A stretch of 64,000 nucleotides of DNA, from NCBI RefSeq assembly GCF_009914755.1, contig NC_060927.1. One strand, given 5' to 3'. Under the pieces are notes generated by a model. It saw only the letters and a list, made by a program, of their open reading frames with translations. It made no database searches and was not told the DNA's origin. A program made the translations under genes and the position numbers. Below are positions 30,612-49,569 of this stretch, piece by piece (the first letter of the stretch is position 1; every line of letters begins with the position of its first letter). Source of the DNA: the human T2T-CHM13v2.0 reference genome, Homo sapiens.

Positions 30612-30763
30612 CAACCTGAAAGACTATACAAAGAGAAGAAAATAAAAGGAAGCAAAACAAAAAAATTACTAACTCTCTTAGAGTGATGTAGGCAACTATA
30701 ATTTGGTGTCAGACAACATTCTCTCTGTGAAGCAGGAACAGCATGTTATAAAAAACAAAACAA

Positions 30764-31071
<308 letters not shown>

Positions 31072-31468
31072 AGATTCAGAGAACCACAAAAGAATTATTG
31101 GAAATGAAAAAAAGTGATTGTAGATAAAAAAAATAATAATAAATAAATAGAAGAGTTAGAAGTGCTCCCAGAAAGTAAAGCAAAAAGACAAAGAGATAAA
31201 AAGTAGGAGGGAAAAGTAAAGAAAATTTGAGGTCCAGTTCAGAAAATCCAACATCTGAAAAATAAGTTTCCTAAAAAGAGAGAGCAGATGAAACAGAGGA
31301 GACGACATCATCAATAATATAAGTGAAGAAATTCTCCAGGCCTGAATGACATGAGTTTCCAGATTAAAAGAGTCATGGAGTGCCCTGCACAATGGATAAT
31401 ATAGGCAGACTCACGTCCAGGCACATCATGGTGAAATACCAGAAACCAATAACGAAAAGAAGATTCTA

Positions 31469-31616
31469 GGCCAGGCGTGGTGGCTCACGCCTATAATCCC
31501 AACTATTCCTGAGGCTTAGACACGAGAATCACTTGAACTCTGGAGGTGGAGGTTGCAGTGAGCCGAGATTACACTACTGTACTCCAGCCTGGGTGATGGA
31601 AACAAACAAACAACAA
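31469..31616 (+). mobile_element. Monomeric Alu (FRAM-like or internally collapsed)
   Basis: ~150-bp single unit with TSD AAAAGAAGATTCT (31455-31467 / 31617-31629). Confidence 0.88.
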
Positions 31617-32011
31617 AAAAGAAGATTCTGTAGCTTCCAGAGGCAAGAAAAGGGTCTCACAGAAAATAACAAAAATCAAAGTGGTTTTGGATTTCTCAAG
31701 AACAACACTGGAATTTGGAAAACAATGAAGCAATACCTTCAAAATTCTGAAGAGAGATAACTTCCAAATTAGAATTCTATACCTAGCCAAACTACCAATT
31801 AAACAATAAGGTAGAAAAAGGGCACTTTTAAACGTTCAAGATCTTAAAAAACCTCCAAACCTCCTACATACCTCTTCTCAAGAAAATACTGGAAGATGTG
31901 TTGCATTAAAACAAAAAATGCCTGCAACACAGGGAGGAGTGGATACAGGTTTGTGGGGGGTAAACATAATCACCTTAAGAAAAATAATACAAAGTTGCAA
32001 ATAGAAAATCA

Positions 32012-32366
<355 letters not shown>

Positions 32367-33896
32367 TTACTGTGTTTAGACTGAGGAAAGAAATCTCAAT
32401 GAATTACAAATGGAAAAATATCACAAATGTTCCAAAATCCAGAAAAAATAACATAGTATTTTTACTGTTAATTGTCTGGTTCAACTCTAAGTCATTCTCC
32501 AGGTCATTTTGCAAGATGCATCAGATAAGATGCAACTGATATGTTGAGATCCGTAAGACCTGTGAATTCACATGCAGAAATACTCACTGTCCATAGAACC
32601 ATTATAGTTTTGTGCCCTACAAATACAGAAATTCCTATAAATTCCATTTGTGTGATTCCTATTAAATATAAAGATCAAAATAGTATAGTGCATTCAAAAT
32701 TATACTGCTGATTACCAATTTGTTTCTGACAGAAAAAAAAGCCCGTCATTTTTGATAAGCCATGATGAGTTGCATGTTCTGCTTAAAATTTTAGCTTTGA
32801 TAATTGGAAAAATTTTCCACAGACTAGCTTCTTCCGGATCTGTACATTTCACTTTATTCCTCCTCCTCCACTGTGCACATACTCTGGGTGTTGGACACTG
32901 TAGCACAGGTTCATAATGTAATATCACCTCTGGCCTTGCTCCTTCTGGTCACCTTACCTTGTGAGTCAGCCCAGTGGATGGGAGGAGTATTCCTAGAAGC
33001 CATTACTACAATGTGAGAACAAGCAATGGCTTAACTATACATGAATGTGACCATGAATCAAATAAATATATCCCACCAGACCCCAATTATAATAAATGTA
33101 TGTCTGAGTTAACATCCCTTTAGCCTGATCCCAAAATGCCCACAGCCAATCAATGCTACATTGTATAAGGGGAAGTTTGATGGAAAGAAAGTGGAGGGAA
33201 GGCTTTTTTTGGCAGTCAGAATAAGTGCCTTTGCAAATTTGACAAAGACCTATGACCAGGGAAGCACACTGGAGCTTTCTTAGCTTCTTTGTGTACTTGC
33301 CTCTAGATATATGAAGTACAGATACAGCCCAAGGGAGAGTCAAGGAACTCCCAGGGTGATGTGCCCCAGACTTAGAGAGCCCAGCATCCAGACTGAGTCA
33401 AGCCATAAACACATGGCCAACTACACTGGGCCCTGAATTCCGTAGCCACCCTTCTCTCCTGAGTGAACAGATGGGCGGAGTTAAATCAAATGGAGCCATT
33501 GCTTTTAGTGATGAGATTCTCAAATAATAATGGTGCTTGGTTAAGACCACCCCCCCCCGCCCCCGACACAAACCTGTGCTCTGCAAATGCCCTTGAGCCA
33601 CGTACACCTGAACAAGCACAGAGAAGGAGCCTGCACCAGCCCTGGATACCTACCTAGCTTTTTACATGAAAGAAGAATAAACGTCTCTTTTTTAAGCTTC
33701 CAGTCACTTGTGCCTGAACCCCATCCTAAGGCAGGCTTAGGAGATTTTTCTGCTGCTATGGAAAATGGAAGGGAGAGCAAACCCATGTGATTCACTGCAA
33801 ATAAAGGACTTGACCTAAGTGGGTAAGATGGAATGGCTCAGCGACTATGAATGTGCATTCTGCAGTCAGATGTCCTGGATTCAAATACTGTCTCTT

Positions 33897-34218
<322 letters not shown>

Positions 34219-35815
34219 TTACTGGCTTGTGCCAACTCCTTTCACCTACATGTGCCTCACTTTCCTCATCCATGAACTGGGTCCATGAATAGGGTGTTGT
34301 AAAGATTAATGAGGTAATATATGTAACACATTTAGCACAGTGCTTGGCACATAGTAAATGCACAGTAAAGTTAGCTGAGATTGCCTGTGTTGTGAGCAAG
34401 GGATGAAAGGAGTGGGTATTAGCTTGGTGGGGAGGTAAGCTATGGAAGTGGAGTGCAGAGTTCTGGAAAGAGAATGCTACAGACAAATTTCTTCATAGTC
34501 TCATTCAAATCTGAAAGTGTCAGCTCCTCAAGGCAGGAAGCTGTGTCTGTTTTATTCATCTTTATATTTCTGGAGCTGAAGATAAGGATTGAGTAAATGC
34601 TTAACAAATAGTTGGGGAATGAATGAACTCATTAGCCAAGGATGTGTGGATTACCCCACCAACTGGGCCACTGAGCCCAGGGAGCTCTTTGAAACTTGTG
34701 ACCCTGAAAAGATGAATGCACAGCTCATTTTAAAGAGGGGGTAGGGCCCCTGGTTGAATGCAGTCATTGTGGCCATGTTGGATGTCTAGCAGCCTCCCTT
34801 GCCTTGTAGGATGGGCCAGAGTCCGGTGGGCCAGGACTTTATCCAGTTTGAACAGAGGATGGACAGAACATCTGTCCAAATCAGGTAACTTCTCCGAAAC
34901 TTTCCTTTCCGGTGATTAAGCAAGTTAATAAAGTTGAGATTCTTTCAGTGCACAAATAGCTCTTAGTGTCACTGTCAATGTCAACTACTGTTTGAGGGAG
35001 AAAACTTCCCATTCACAGTTTGAGCAGAGCTTCTTTGTGAGCCTCAAAACAGAAGAGTTTGCCATTGTCTCAGGATGAGATAGAAGTTCCTTGGGAATGA
35101 CTGACTTTGCCAAGTAATTTGCCCAACGGTAACCACTTGGTATAATTTCAGTCTTAGAATGAGTAAGACAAATAACAACAATCCTTGCAGAGCAGCTAGT
35201 CATGCCGCCACGGATGGAGTCTGAATGAACTCAGTTCTGCATGACTCAGGAACTCGGCAGCAGGTAGCTGAGCACCTTCTGAGGTCACCCCAAAGCGACC
35301 AGAGGCCTGGGATCCATGCACCATCACCTCCTCAAACTGTACCATCTAAGATATCAAGTTGAAATGCCCAGGGGCAAAAAGAGAGGAAGAGTATAGATGT
35401 CTACTCCTTTCTTAAGCTTGTGCAACCAGCTCTCAGTAAGTCACTTGCCCACAGGGTAGAGAGAGCCATACCCTGCCCATCCCTGGAGTCTGCATCACCC
35501 TCGGATATGATCCATCCCCATGTCAGGCCTCTGCTTGCCAGCCTTGCTTCTTTCTTTTCTGTGTGTTTCCTTGAAATCTGGGAGGAAAAGAGCTTTAGTC
35601 GTGCTCTCAGGGATTTTCCTCCCCCTGGAGAGGGAATTGAGTCACATCATTGTTGAGCAGGAGGACTTGGAGCTCATCTGGTTGACATCTCCCTGATGGA
35701 CGCAGGCCTGGAAAGGGTGACACAGTTGAGTCAAATAGCAGGTGACCTTCAGAGCAGAAGCCAGGTGTCCATCCAATAGTTCATGAGCTTTCCTTTCTGA
35801 AAAATCTTGGTTCCT

Positions 35816-35965
35816 GGCTGAATGCTCTGGCTTGTGCCTATAATCCTAGCACTTTGGGAGGCTGAGGCAGGAGGATAGCTTGATGTTAGGAATTTGAGAC
35901 CAGCCTGGGCAACATAGTGAGATCCTGTCTCTACAAATAAATTTTAAAAATTAGCCAGGTGTGTG
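35816..35965 (+). mobile_element. Partial AluJ (left arm)
   Basis: Alu left monomer plus middle A-rich linker. Confidence 0.85.
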
Positions 35966-35974
35966 CCTGACCCC

Positions 35975-36890
<916 letters not shown>

Positions 36891-37013
36891 TTTTTAAAAA
36901 GCATAACTACAATGCCATTGTCACACCTACAAATGAATGAATCATGACTCCTTAATCACATTTAATGTCCAGTCACTGTGAGGTTTCCAATTGTCTTATC
37001 AATGTTATTTTTA

Positions 37014-37340
<327 letters not shown>

Positions 37341-37666
37341 AAGTTTCATTGTTTGAATCAGAATCCAAATAAAGTTCCTATATTACAATTGGTTGGTATG
37401 TCTTTCTAAAAAAATAAACTTAATTTTGGTGTCATATTTACAGAAAAACTGCAAAGGTACTACAGAGAACGCTCATGCACTCGTTCGCTAGCTAGTTCTA
37501 ATGTCAATATCTTGCATATTACTGTATATTTGTCAAAACTAAGAAAATATTATCAGCACTTTACTATGAGCAAACTCCAGACTTTATTCAAATTTCACTC
37601 CTTTTTCTATGAATGTCCTCTTTCTGTTTCAAGATCCCATCCAGGACCCCACACTGCATTTAGTTA

Positions 37667-38150
<484 letters not shown>

Positions 38151-39426
38151 TCACAGACGTAATGTGCCCTTCTTGTCATAGTGCATCAGGGGTACATGAT
38201 GTCCCCACAGCATCTCTGGTGATGTTAACCTTCATCACTTGGTTAAGGTTGTGTCTGCTAGGTTTCTCCACTGTTAAGTTACTAAATTTCACCTTTCCAT
38301 ACTCTGTTCTTTGGAAGTGCGTCACTAAGTCCATGATATGTCTGTAAATCTATTTTAATTTATAAAATAAAGTCTGTATAGAGGGGAACCTTCTCTTTCT
38401 ATTTTTTTTTTTTTTGAAATTTACTTGTTGAGGAAATCAGGTCATTCATTTGTCTCGTACTGTGTCCTGCAGTCTAATGTCATTTTACATCTTCCCTTGC
38501 CCTCTGTATTTCCTGTAAGCTGGTATTTGGAGCTGGAGGCCTGATCTCCTTCCTGTTTTATTCCTTCAGCAGGAACAATTCATGAGTAGAGTTGTGGACT
38601 TCTGTCAGGAGGCTCCTGGTGTCTCTTTTTGTGAAGTTAGCAGCTATTGATTCTCAGTGTATTGCTTTGATTCTAATAACACCTTTAGGTTCCCTCAGGA
38701 CTTAACCTTATCAAAGTACTTTCCTAAGTGAAGACAACTCATTTTCTACCCCCATTGCACATAGTATCTTCAGCAAATCAAAGTTACTGCCATGGTAAAG
38801 AACACCGTTATTTTATGTACAATTAAGAACGAAAAAAACACTGCAAATTAATCTACAATACAACGCTTTCTTACATTGTCATTATAATTTTGAGGCAAAC
38901 TGAAGAATACCAAGGGTGAGTTACCATTTTCCTTTTTAACTAAACTCATAGTTTTATTTTTCCCTCAATTGAATCTCATTTTCTGGAAGTCAAATCAACA
39001 TCAGTGGGAAGCCTCTGCTGATGGAGGTCTGGTGTGCTGACATGGGCAGCCTGTGCAGCATGGGCTTGGGTCACACCAGCTTTTATTGCATGACTTTGGC
39101 CCTTCCTTCATCTACCCCATGGATTGAGTAGTTTCTCCTGTCCTTCCTTGCATTGCTTGGTGTGTGGTCTGTTCTTTTGCACGCTTCTCTGTGACAAGAC
39201 AGCTTATTCTAATTCTGTGTCTTCAGCATTCTTGCCTAAGTCCCCTAAGCACTTGGTTATAGCTTTGCAAGAAAGTATAGAATTGCAGCCATTCCTTTAG
39301 TGAGAAATATTTGCTACTCTCCTATTAAATATCTGCCCCACTGCTGCATTTCCATGCTTTGCTGCACCCACACCAACTTTTAGTTTCCACATTGAATCGG
39401 GTTACAATCTTTTTGATGGTATTTTA

Positions 39427-40100
39427 TTTTAGGTTCAAGGGGTACATGTGCAGGTTTGTTACATGGGTAAATTGCATGTCATGGGGGTTTGGTGTACAGA
39501 TAATTTTGTCACCTAGGTAATTGGCATAATGCCTGATAGTTTTTCAATCCCACCCTCCTCCCATTCTTCACCCTCAAGTAGGCCCTGGTATTGGTTGTTC
39601 CCTTCTTTGTGTCCACATGTACTCAATGCTTAGCTCCCACTTATAAGTGAGAACACGTGGATTTGGTTTTCTGTTCCTGTGTTAATTCACTTAGGGTAAT
39701 GGCCTCCAGTTCCATCCATGTTGCTGCAAAGGACATGATTTCATTCTTTATTATGGCTGCATAGTATTCTGTGGTGTATATGTACCATATTTTCTTTATT
39801 TAGTTCACCATTGATGGACATCTAGGTTGATTCTATGGCTTTGCTATTGTTAAGAGTGCTGCAGTGAACATACGTGTGCATGTGTCTTTACAGTAGAATG
39901 ATTTATATTCCTCTGGGTATATACCCAATAGTGGGATTGCTGGGTCAAATGGTGGTTCTATTTTAAATTCTCTGAGAAAACATCAGTACTTTTCACTGTG
40001 GCTGAACTAATTTACATTCCCACCAGCAGTGTATAAGTGTTCCCTTTTCTCTGCAATCTCACCAGCATCTATTATTTTTGACTTTTTAATAATAGCAATT
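39427..40100 (-). mobile_element. 5'-truncated older L1PA (L1PA15/16-like) 3'UTR
   Basis: ggttcaaggggtacatgtgcaggtttgttacatgggtaaattg...cccacttataagtgagaac...actttttaataatagc. Confidence 0.9.
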
Positions 40101-40109
40101 GTTCAATGA

Positions 40110-40635
<526 letters not shown>

Positions 40636-40809
40636 TGATGATACTTTAAATGGTAATTAAGCTCCATAGCTGTAGAACCAACCATGCACATACTTCAATT
40701 GAAGATGATGCCAATATGAATAGTTATGGCCAAATGTTGGCACACACTATCATAACAACCACGTCAGAGATGCCCAACTGTGAAAGGCTGCCCAATTTCG
40801 GAGATGTTA

Positions 40810-41183
<374 letters not shown>

Positions 41184-41986
41184 TTATTTATCTGGGTGAC
41201 CTTCCCAAAGAATGTAGCTCAGTGCTTACATGGTATTTCAAAAATATTTGTTGTTGGAATGAAGCCAGCAGTTAATCATTATGTATATTTATTGAGCATT
41301 TACCAGGAACAAGGTCTAGTTGGAATGCATATTTGAAAACCCAAACCAATCCCTTTTTCTTAAAATAATAATTTGATTCTCCTCATCCTTATTACATTTC
41401 TATAGCTGTTCTTGGCCAAATTGAAATCTACTGCTATGTCAGTGGGCTTTTTGTTTCTTTTCCGCTTGAGTAATAAACACACCCAACTGGCCATCTTAGA
41501 TTTTGGAGAGTTGCGCTCCCTCTCCTTGAGGGTGGAGTTTGAGTTTCTCTTTGAATCAGAATCCTGTGTTTTTCTCCATCTCTTCTTCCCTTCCTGCCCT
41601 TGCCCTCGCCTTAGTTCCCACCAAAGGTCTACCTTCTGAGGTCTTTCTTCCAATGTGTCTTGGTGTTTCTCTCTTCAGATTTAAATGCTCCCAGGTTTTG
41701 GGCTCAGTCCCCTGTATGCACCCCTGTTTCTTAAATCAGCTTCTTCCCAGCTGACTCTACAGAACGTGTTCTTGCTGGGATGCTCTGGTAGAAAGAGGTC
41801 TGTGGAAATGCATGCAGAGAACAGGTCATTCCTTGCTCCCTCTTCTCATAGTGCATGTGAGCGTATTGAATGCTCTGACAAGTCCTTTGTTAAGGAGGCT
41901 TGTCAAACTCAAAGATTTCCCAAATGCATTTCACCTTGAAGCCTTTTGCCACATTGTATTGATTCAGGGACACTTTCTTCCTCTCA

Positions 41987-42413
<427 letters not shown>

Positions 42414-42933
42414 TCATGGTTCACCTGTGGATATTCTTTTGAGCCAGTGATAAGAGTACTCTGTATTAAGAAACCCAGCTGTCAGCTCCTGAAGCCTCAT
42501 CTCTCTCTCCCTACTGCATGGCCTTCTTCCGAGGTATTCTTCAGCGTAGTGAGAAGCCCACATTCACAGAGCTTGCTGCCTGGCCTCCTCTGCTTTAGAC
42601 AATGACCTTAACATACCTTTAGTAATGGGTGAAAGTTATAGTCCATTTATGCAAACCGGACCTGTCCATGGTCTAACAGTATTTAAGGGATTGGCACAAG
42701 TCTTATATTCATTCTTTCCAGAACTTTCCAAATTCACTCCACTCCATTAAGAAGATGTGCTTTAATGGGCTGTTTTAAAAAATAAAGCTGACAGCTCTTT
42801 TGAGATTGAATTCACATGCCATGAAGTCCGCTCTTTTGAAGTGTACGACTCAGTGATTTTTAGTATGTTCACAAGGTTGTTCATCAATGACCACTATCTA
42901 ATTCCAGAACATTTTCATCACTTTATAGGCTAC

Positions 42934-43711
<778 letters not shown>

Positions 43712-45036
43712 TAATAAAATATATTTGAAGGGTCCAAGGCTAGTCCCAAGAAAAGTGCCAAGAAAGAAAATAGCATAAACAAGAAAGTGTTTGGGAGGAA
43801 AACTCATACCACCTCTAAGGGCTATGAGAGAGATGGGGTGAACTTCATCAGTGACAGGGGTAGTTTTTTCTGGGAGCATTTGTCTGTTTGGGACTCCTGG
43901 GGTCGGATGGGGTAGGCCAAACCAGTCTCATCTTTGCTTAGAAGTCAAGAAGGGTCTCCAGGCCAGGGGAGGCTCCACTGCTCGTGTGATGCTCAGAGCA
44001 CTTGCTGCGGTGTGCTGTTCCCCAGCAGGGACTGACAGGGGAGGTTTACTAAGATGGATGTGAGTCTTGGCATCGGGTAGGCCTGGGTCTGAATCTGCCA
44101 ACGACCTGCTTTGTGACTTTGCACAAGTTACTTTGCAGCTCTGAGTTTCAGTTCCCTTATCTATAAAATGTTCATCAGAGTGTCTGTTTTACAGTATTGT
44201 ACTGAAGATTCAAGAGAATACTTGCAGGGTACAGGCAGAACCCTACAATCGGGGCCAGAGGACACAGACTTCACCTGTACATGGCGGCATCATGGCCATC
44301 CTTGGAGAAGCCGTAAAGATTCCTTTGAAAGCCTGAAACAGGTGATTTAGGCAGCATGAAGGCAATTAGGAAAGAGCAGGCTCTGAGAGAGGTGGGGATG
44401 GGTTCCAGTGTCTGAAGGGCCATTCTCTTGAGCCAGGACTGGAATTCTTGTTTGTATCTCTACAGAGCAGAACTCTGGGCATGGGTTGGATGTCACAGGA
44501 AGAGGACTTTTAGCTTAGTTCAAGGAAGAGCTATTTGTCCAAAGAGGTACTTGGGGTGGAGAGAATCATCTCCTGCGCTGTGAAAAGTTTGCAACAGATG
44601 CTGGGTGACTGTCACCCGAGACCACGCTGGCCTATTCTAAGACGCTGACTCTGAGCTGCAGAAACTCACAGCCAGTTGGGGCCAACTCTGGAGCAAGCCA
44701 GGAAGCACATGATGTTTGTCCATCTTCAAGTTCTCTCTCTAAGGCCCCTGTTCCCTGGCCCACTGTATCTCCCACCAGAGCTGGTCCTCTCTGGGGCTGA
44801 CCCTCTTGAGCCATACACACCCTTCCCTTCTCTGCTATAAACACTCACATTGCTTTGGTGCCTGGATCTCACCCGTCATGAGGGGAATCAAGACCAAAAT
44901 TAATCCACACCGAAGTGTGAGAGACTGACAGGGTCTTACAGCTGTTATTCATCCCACTCCCACATCCCAATATTAATGTAAAAAAGAAAAAACCATTCCC
45001 TTGGACCTACTGTCCCATAAGGACATTCCTTCCCAG

Positions 45037-45222
45037 AAGTAGTTCTCAACCTTAGCCACCTATTGGAATTACCTGGAGTTTCAAAAATATGGATGCCTGG
45101 GTCCATATGGGACCCAGGGATGGGATTTCACTGGGGAAGGGGAGGACAACAGGGAGGCTGGGCATTGGAAGTAACTGAAAACTTCTCAGGTTACTAACAT
45201 GCAGGCAAGGGTGAGATCCCAC
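45037..45222. mobile_element. MER5-like hAT-Charlie fossil
   Basis: agttctcaaccttagcc...gaattacctggag...gatgcctgggtcc...caggttactaacatgcag. Confidence 0.65.
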
Positions 45223-45709
45223 AGTGCTGGAGCATCACCCTTGCCCCCAGACACTTTGGGTGCTGCAGCATGCTCTGCTCAGAGGTTGGTGGCTTTTCTT
45301 TCTTTGGGGTGCAGGTGTCCTCTGCTCCTCTGTGAAATGCGCTTCAGGGCTCCACTCCCCACAGCTTCTGGTGCTGCCAAGCGTGAGTGGCTAAGATAGT
45401 CTCATTCAAGAGTGATGTATCAGCAAGCCCCACTGGCGGCCGATCTAAGCCATGTCCTCCAATCAGCTGTGTTAGTAATGAGATGTGTTACTGTTCTAAG
45501 GGTACACACTCGAAGACCACCTGCCTTCAAATCTAGCCTACTGTTTGATCTTTACCCTCTATGAGCCTGTTTCCTTACATATAAACTGGAGATATATAAC
45601 TGCATCTACCTGATAGGGTCATTATAAGGACCAAATAGGACCAAATAATGGAGCATAGTGCCTGGCACTCAGTGAGTGCTTGGAAGCACTTGCTATTATT
45701 ATGAACACA

Positions 45710-46007
45710 TTTTTTTTTTTTTTTTTGAGACAGAGTCTTGCTCTGTCACCCAGGCCGGAGTGCAGTGGTGTGATCTTGGCTGACGGCAACCTCCGCCTCC
45801 CGGGTTCAAGCTATTCTCATGCCTCAGCCTCCTGAGTAGCTAGAATTATAGGCGCTTACCACCATGCCTGGCTAAGTTTTGTATTTTTAGTATGGGGGGG
45901 TTTCACCAGGTTGGCCAGGCTGGTCTCTAACTCCTGACCTCAGGTGATCCACCCGCCTCAGCCTCCCAAATTGCTGGGAATACAGGCACGAGCCACCGCA
46001 CCCGGCC
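45710..46007 (-). mobile_element. AluS
   Basis: Alu consensus with poly-T. Confidence 0.95.
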
Positions 46008-46276
46008 TAACACAATATTTTTATCTCTGTTTCCTGTATCCTGAGTCACTTTTCAGGAACAAAAAAAGACTTGCAGACACTGACTAGCTCAGTCCCTAAC
46101 GGTGGCAGGAAGCAGTAGGTAGGTGATCAGAAGAGAAATTTCCCATAGCAAATCAGGGTCTGTGGTCAGGCCAGCCTTGGCTTGCTACTCAGTTTTACTG
46201 ACCCCAGTCGGAAGATGGGAAGGAGGAAGCAAGGAAGGGAGTGCCCTGCAGGCAGCCCAGCCTTTTGAGTGGGCAA

Positions 46277-46669
46277 TAATATGGCTTGGAATTGTTTCCC
46301 CACCAAAATCTCATGTCAAATTGTAATTCCCAGTGTTGGAGGAGGGGCCTGGTGGGAGGTGATTGGATCACTGGGGCGGTTTCTAATGGTTTAGCACCAT
46401 CCCCCTAGCGCTGTCTTGTGCTAGCGTTATCTGGGGATCTGGTTGTTTAAAAGTGTGTAGCACTTTCTTTTTTTCTCTTTCTCCTGCCAGCCATGTAAAA
46501 TGTGCTTGCTTCCCCTTCACCTTCCACCATGATTGTAAGTTTCCTGAGGCCTCCCCACAAGAAGAAGCCTGTACAGCCTGCAGAACCATGAGCTAATTAA
46601 ACCTCTTTTCTTTATAAATTACCCAGTCTCAGGTATGTCTTTATAGCAGTATGAGAACAGACTAATACA
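46277..46669 (+). mobile_element. MaLR MSTA/B solo LTR
   Basis: atatggcttgg...aaatctcatgtcaaattgtaattcccagtgttggagg...ctttatagcagtatgagaacagactaataca; TSD ggcaa/gggaa. Confidence 0.9.
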
Positions 46670-49257
46670 GGGAACTAGTGTCAAGATGCTGGCAGAAGAT
46701 TCTGAAGCGGTAGAGTTGAAGCCTCAGGAGCCTGGCTGGCCTTCAGGGTCCCTGCTTCCTCCTGTCATGTGTGTCATCCTTGGGCAGTGCTTTCTGTCCA
46801 CTCCATGTTCTCCTCGTGGTTCTTACCTCCTCTCCTTGTTATCCAGGACATCTGCTTTATATGCATTTTCTCCATGTGTTCTGTCCAGTTTAATGGCTCT
46901 GTAGTAAAAAGATTAATCCTGACATAAGTAAGAGACATCTGGAAACAACTGACCCTGTTAATTCTTCTCTTCTCTCCTAGGGCCTCAGGGTTCTCAGTGG
47001 CTCTGCTCCAAGGCCTCACTGGGGAGCGGGAGAGGCCCATTTCAGTGGGTGAGCAGATGGGGGCTCCTGGGCTGAGGCCTTCCCAGAGGCTGGGCGGTGG
47101 CCAGCCATGATCATGGGCCAAGGTCACTTGTTACTGTACTGGAAGAACAGGGCTAGGACTGGAGGTCAGGCCAACCCAGGGTCTCAAGACCCATTCCAGG
47201 CAGGAGCAGTCCCCAGCAAAAGGCTGCCAGGCTGCAGCAGCCCTTGATTTTCTGAGCTGCTCAGGGTAAGGACATCCTGAGAAGGAGGCTGCCTTTAGAG
47301 AATAGGACCATTAAAAGCTCATCCTAAATGAAGCACCACCAAAACTCCTCAAGATTGTCATGGTTGTTCAAAAGATGGCCAAAGTTTCTTTCTTTTTCTC
47401 ACTCTGTTCCCTCTCTAGCTGCACCCCTTGTCTCCCTTCTCTCCCTCTCCTTCCTTCTCTCTCCTAATTGCATTTCTCAGTGTGCCTGCATCTCACTGCC
47501 TGTCTGCCATTGGAATGGGCACAGGTGTTGGGGGAGGATGTCTCCACCACAGGTCAGCCTGGGTACCAAGGAAGTGTTTGGGGAACTGGCTTCACTCCTT
47601 CCACCCAAGCCTATGTCACTTTTCAACCGACCAATGCAGTGAACAGAACTCTGAGTCACGCAGGAAATACAGTAATTTTCTGAGGAACAATAAGCATCCA
47701 TTCTGCAGTTGCCAGTGGTGACTATATAGCCCTTCACTGCCATTGAGCTCTTTATTTTGGGGGGACCGGGGGTGGTATGTGCATATCTGGCTCTCTATTT
47801 TATTTTTATACAAACGATAGCATATACTGTTTGTCTTGCCCTCAGGTTTGGTTTCTGTTGCCGCTGTTGTTTTCTTTTCCAACATCATAAGCCTCTTGCT
47901 TATCTTTCCATGTCTGCACACAGGAAGCGGCATCACTTGTTTTTCATGTCCTGCGCATCGAGGCACACTTTCTGCTCCTCTTTGTGCCGCCAGCCGGCCC
48001 AGGCCCACAGATGGTAGGACTTGTGCCCCAGGCTGCTGTGTGAGTCAGAGTCAGGCAGGAAGCAAATGGCAACTTCACCGCGGTGACTGAGGAATGCTTA
48101 ACGAAGGCGCCGCCCTTGACAACGGTGTGGGTTGGTAAAAGGAAACAGCCGGGAGCCCTGCAGCGCCGGTGCCGCCACCGTTTAGTCTGACTGTGCATTT
48201 GACTAAGGCACAAGAGGCCAGGCCTGTGACTTGTCCGAGGGAAAAAACCACCAGAAAACCAGGTGTCTGGGCTCCCAATCAGTAATCTTCATTGGGTTTG
48301 CTTTGATTGTAAACGAACAAAAAAAAAGCTTAGTTATTTAAATTCCATTCATGAATCTAGGAAGGAGCTTAGAAATTAGCCTTTTCCACAATCAAGACCA
48401 ATTAGTCAACTCTTCTATTGTAAGTTTTCATCATTTTTCTGTTTACCCAACTTACAAACTGCTTTTTAAGTCAGAACTTGAAGATTTATTCCTGGCAAAT
48501 GTTTTTAAGAGCAAAAATTTGGAATCAGTGTAAGTGTCCCCAAATAGGATAATGGGAAAGTAAATGAGGATACATCTACTCAGTGGAAAATATCTTAAAC
48601 TGTTTGAAGTTTGCAATAAAGTGGAAAATGCTTAGCTGTTATGTTCAAGAAAAATTATGAACTCTAATTTATTTAGAGTGCCATGATAATTATGCTAATT
48701 CATATAGGCACTGAAACAAAAAAAAAAAACCCTAAAACTTACATGAAGAAAAATAGACTGGAGAGGAAGACACCAACATGTTACTGATAATGATTATCAT
48801 TTTATGGGTGAAATGTGATTGATTTTTATTCACTTCTCTCAACGTTTCCAAATTTTCTCCAGTGGTCATCTAATACTTCCAGAACAACAACAGCATTAAC
48901 TACAAGATCACAGTTCAAAGAAACAAAAGTCGCTGAGATAATTTGACAAGTGGTCTATATCCAGAGCCATTAATATACCCACAACTTCTGACCCAGTCAT
49001 TTCTCTTAGGAATCTGTCCTGAGGAAGTAGTTCAGCTTTCAGAAAAAGCCCTAGGCAGGGAGATGTTTACTGCAGGGAAAAACTGGAAACCACGTAGATG
49101 CCAAACACTGTAAAAATAGTTAAAGAAAACGAGGTTCAGCCACTTGACACCACTACGTATTCATTAGGAAAGAAAATGATGACAAAAAGCATGCACTGTG
49201 ACACCAAAGACAAAACTCAGCATTCACAATTGAATGTGCAGTATGATAAGAGGGTTT

Positions 49258-49569
<312 letters not shown>

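Noticed and set aside
45425-45445. Possible CTCF site (gccccactggcggcc); similar weak matches near 53160 and 58866
   Set aside because: Core mismatches; cannot be supported without a PWM scan or ChIP data.
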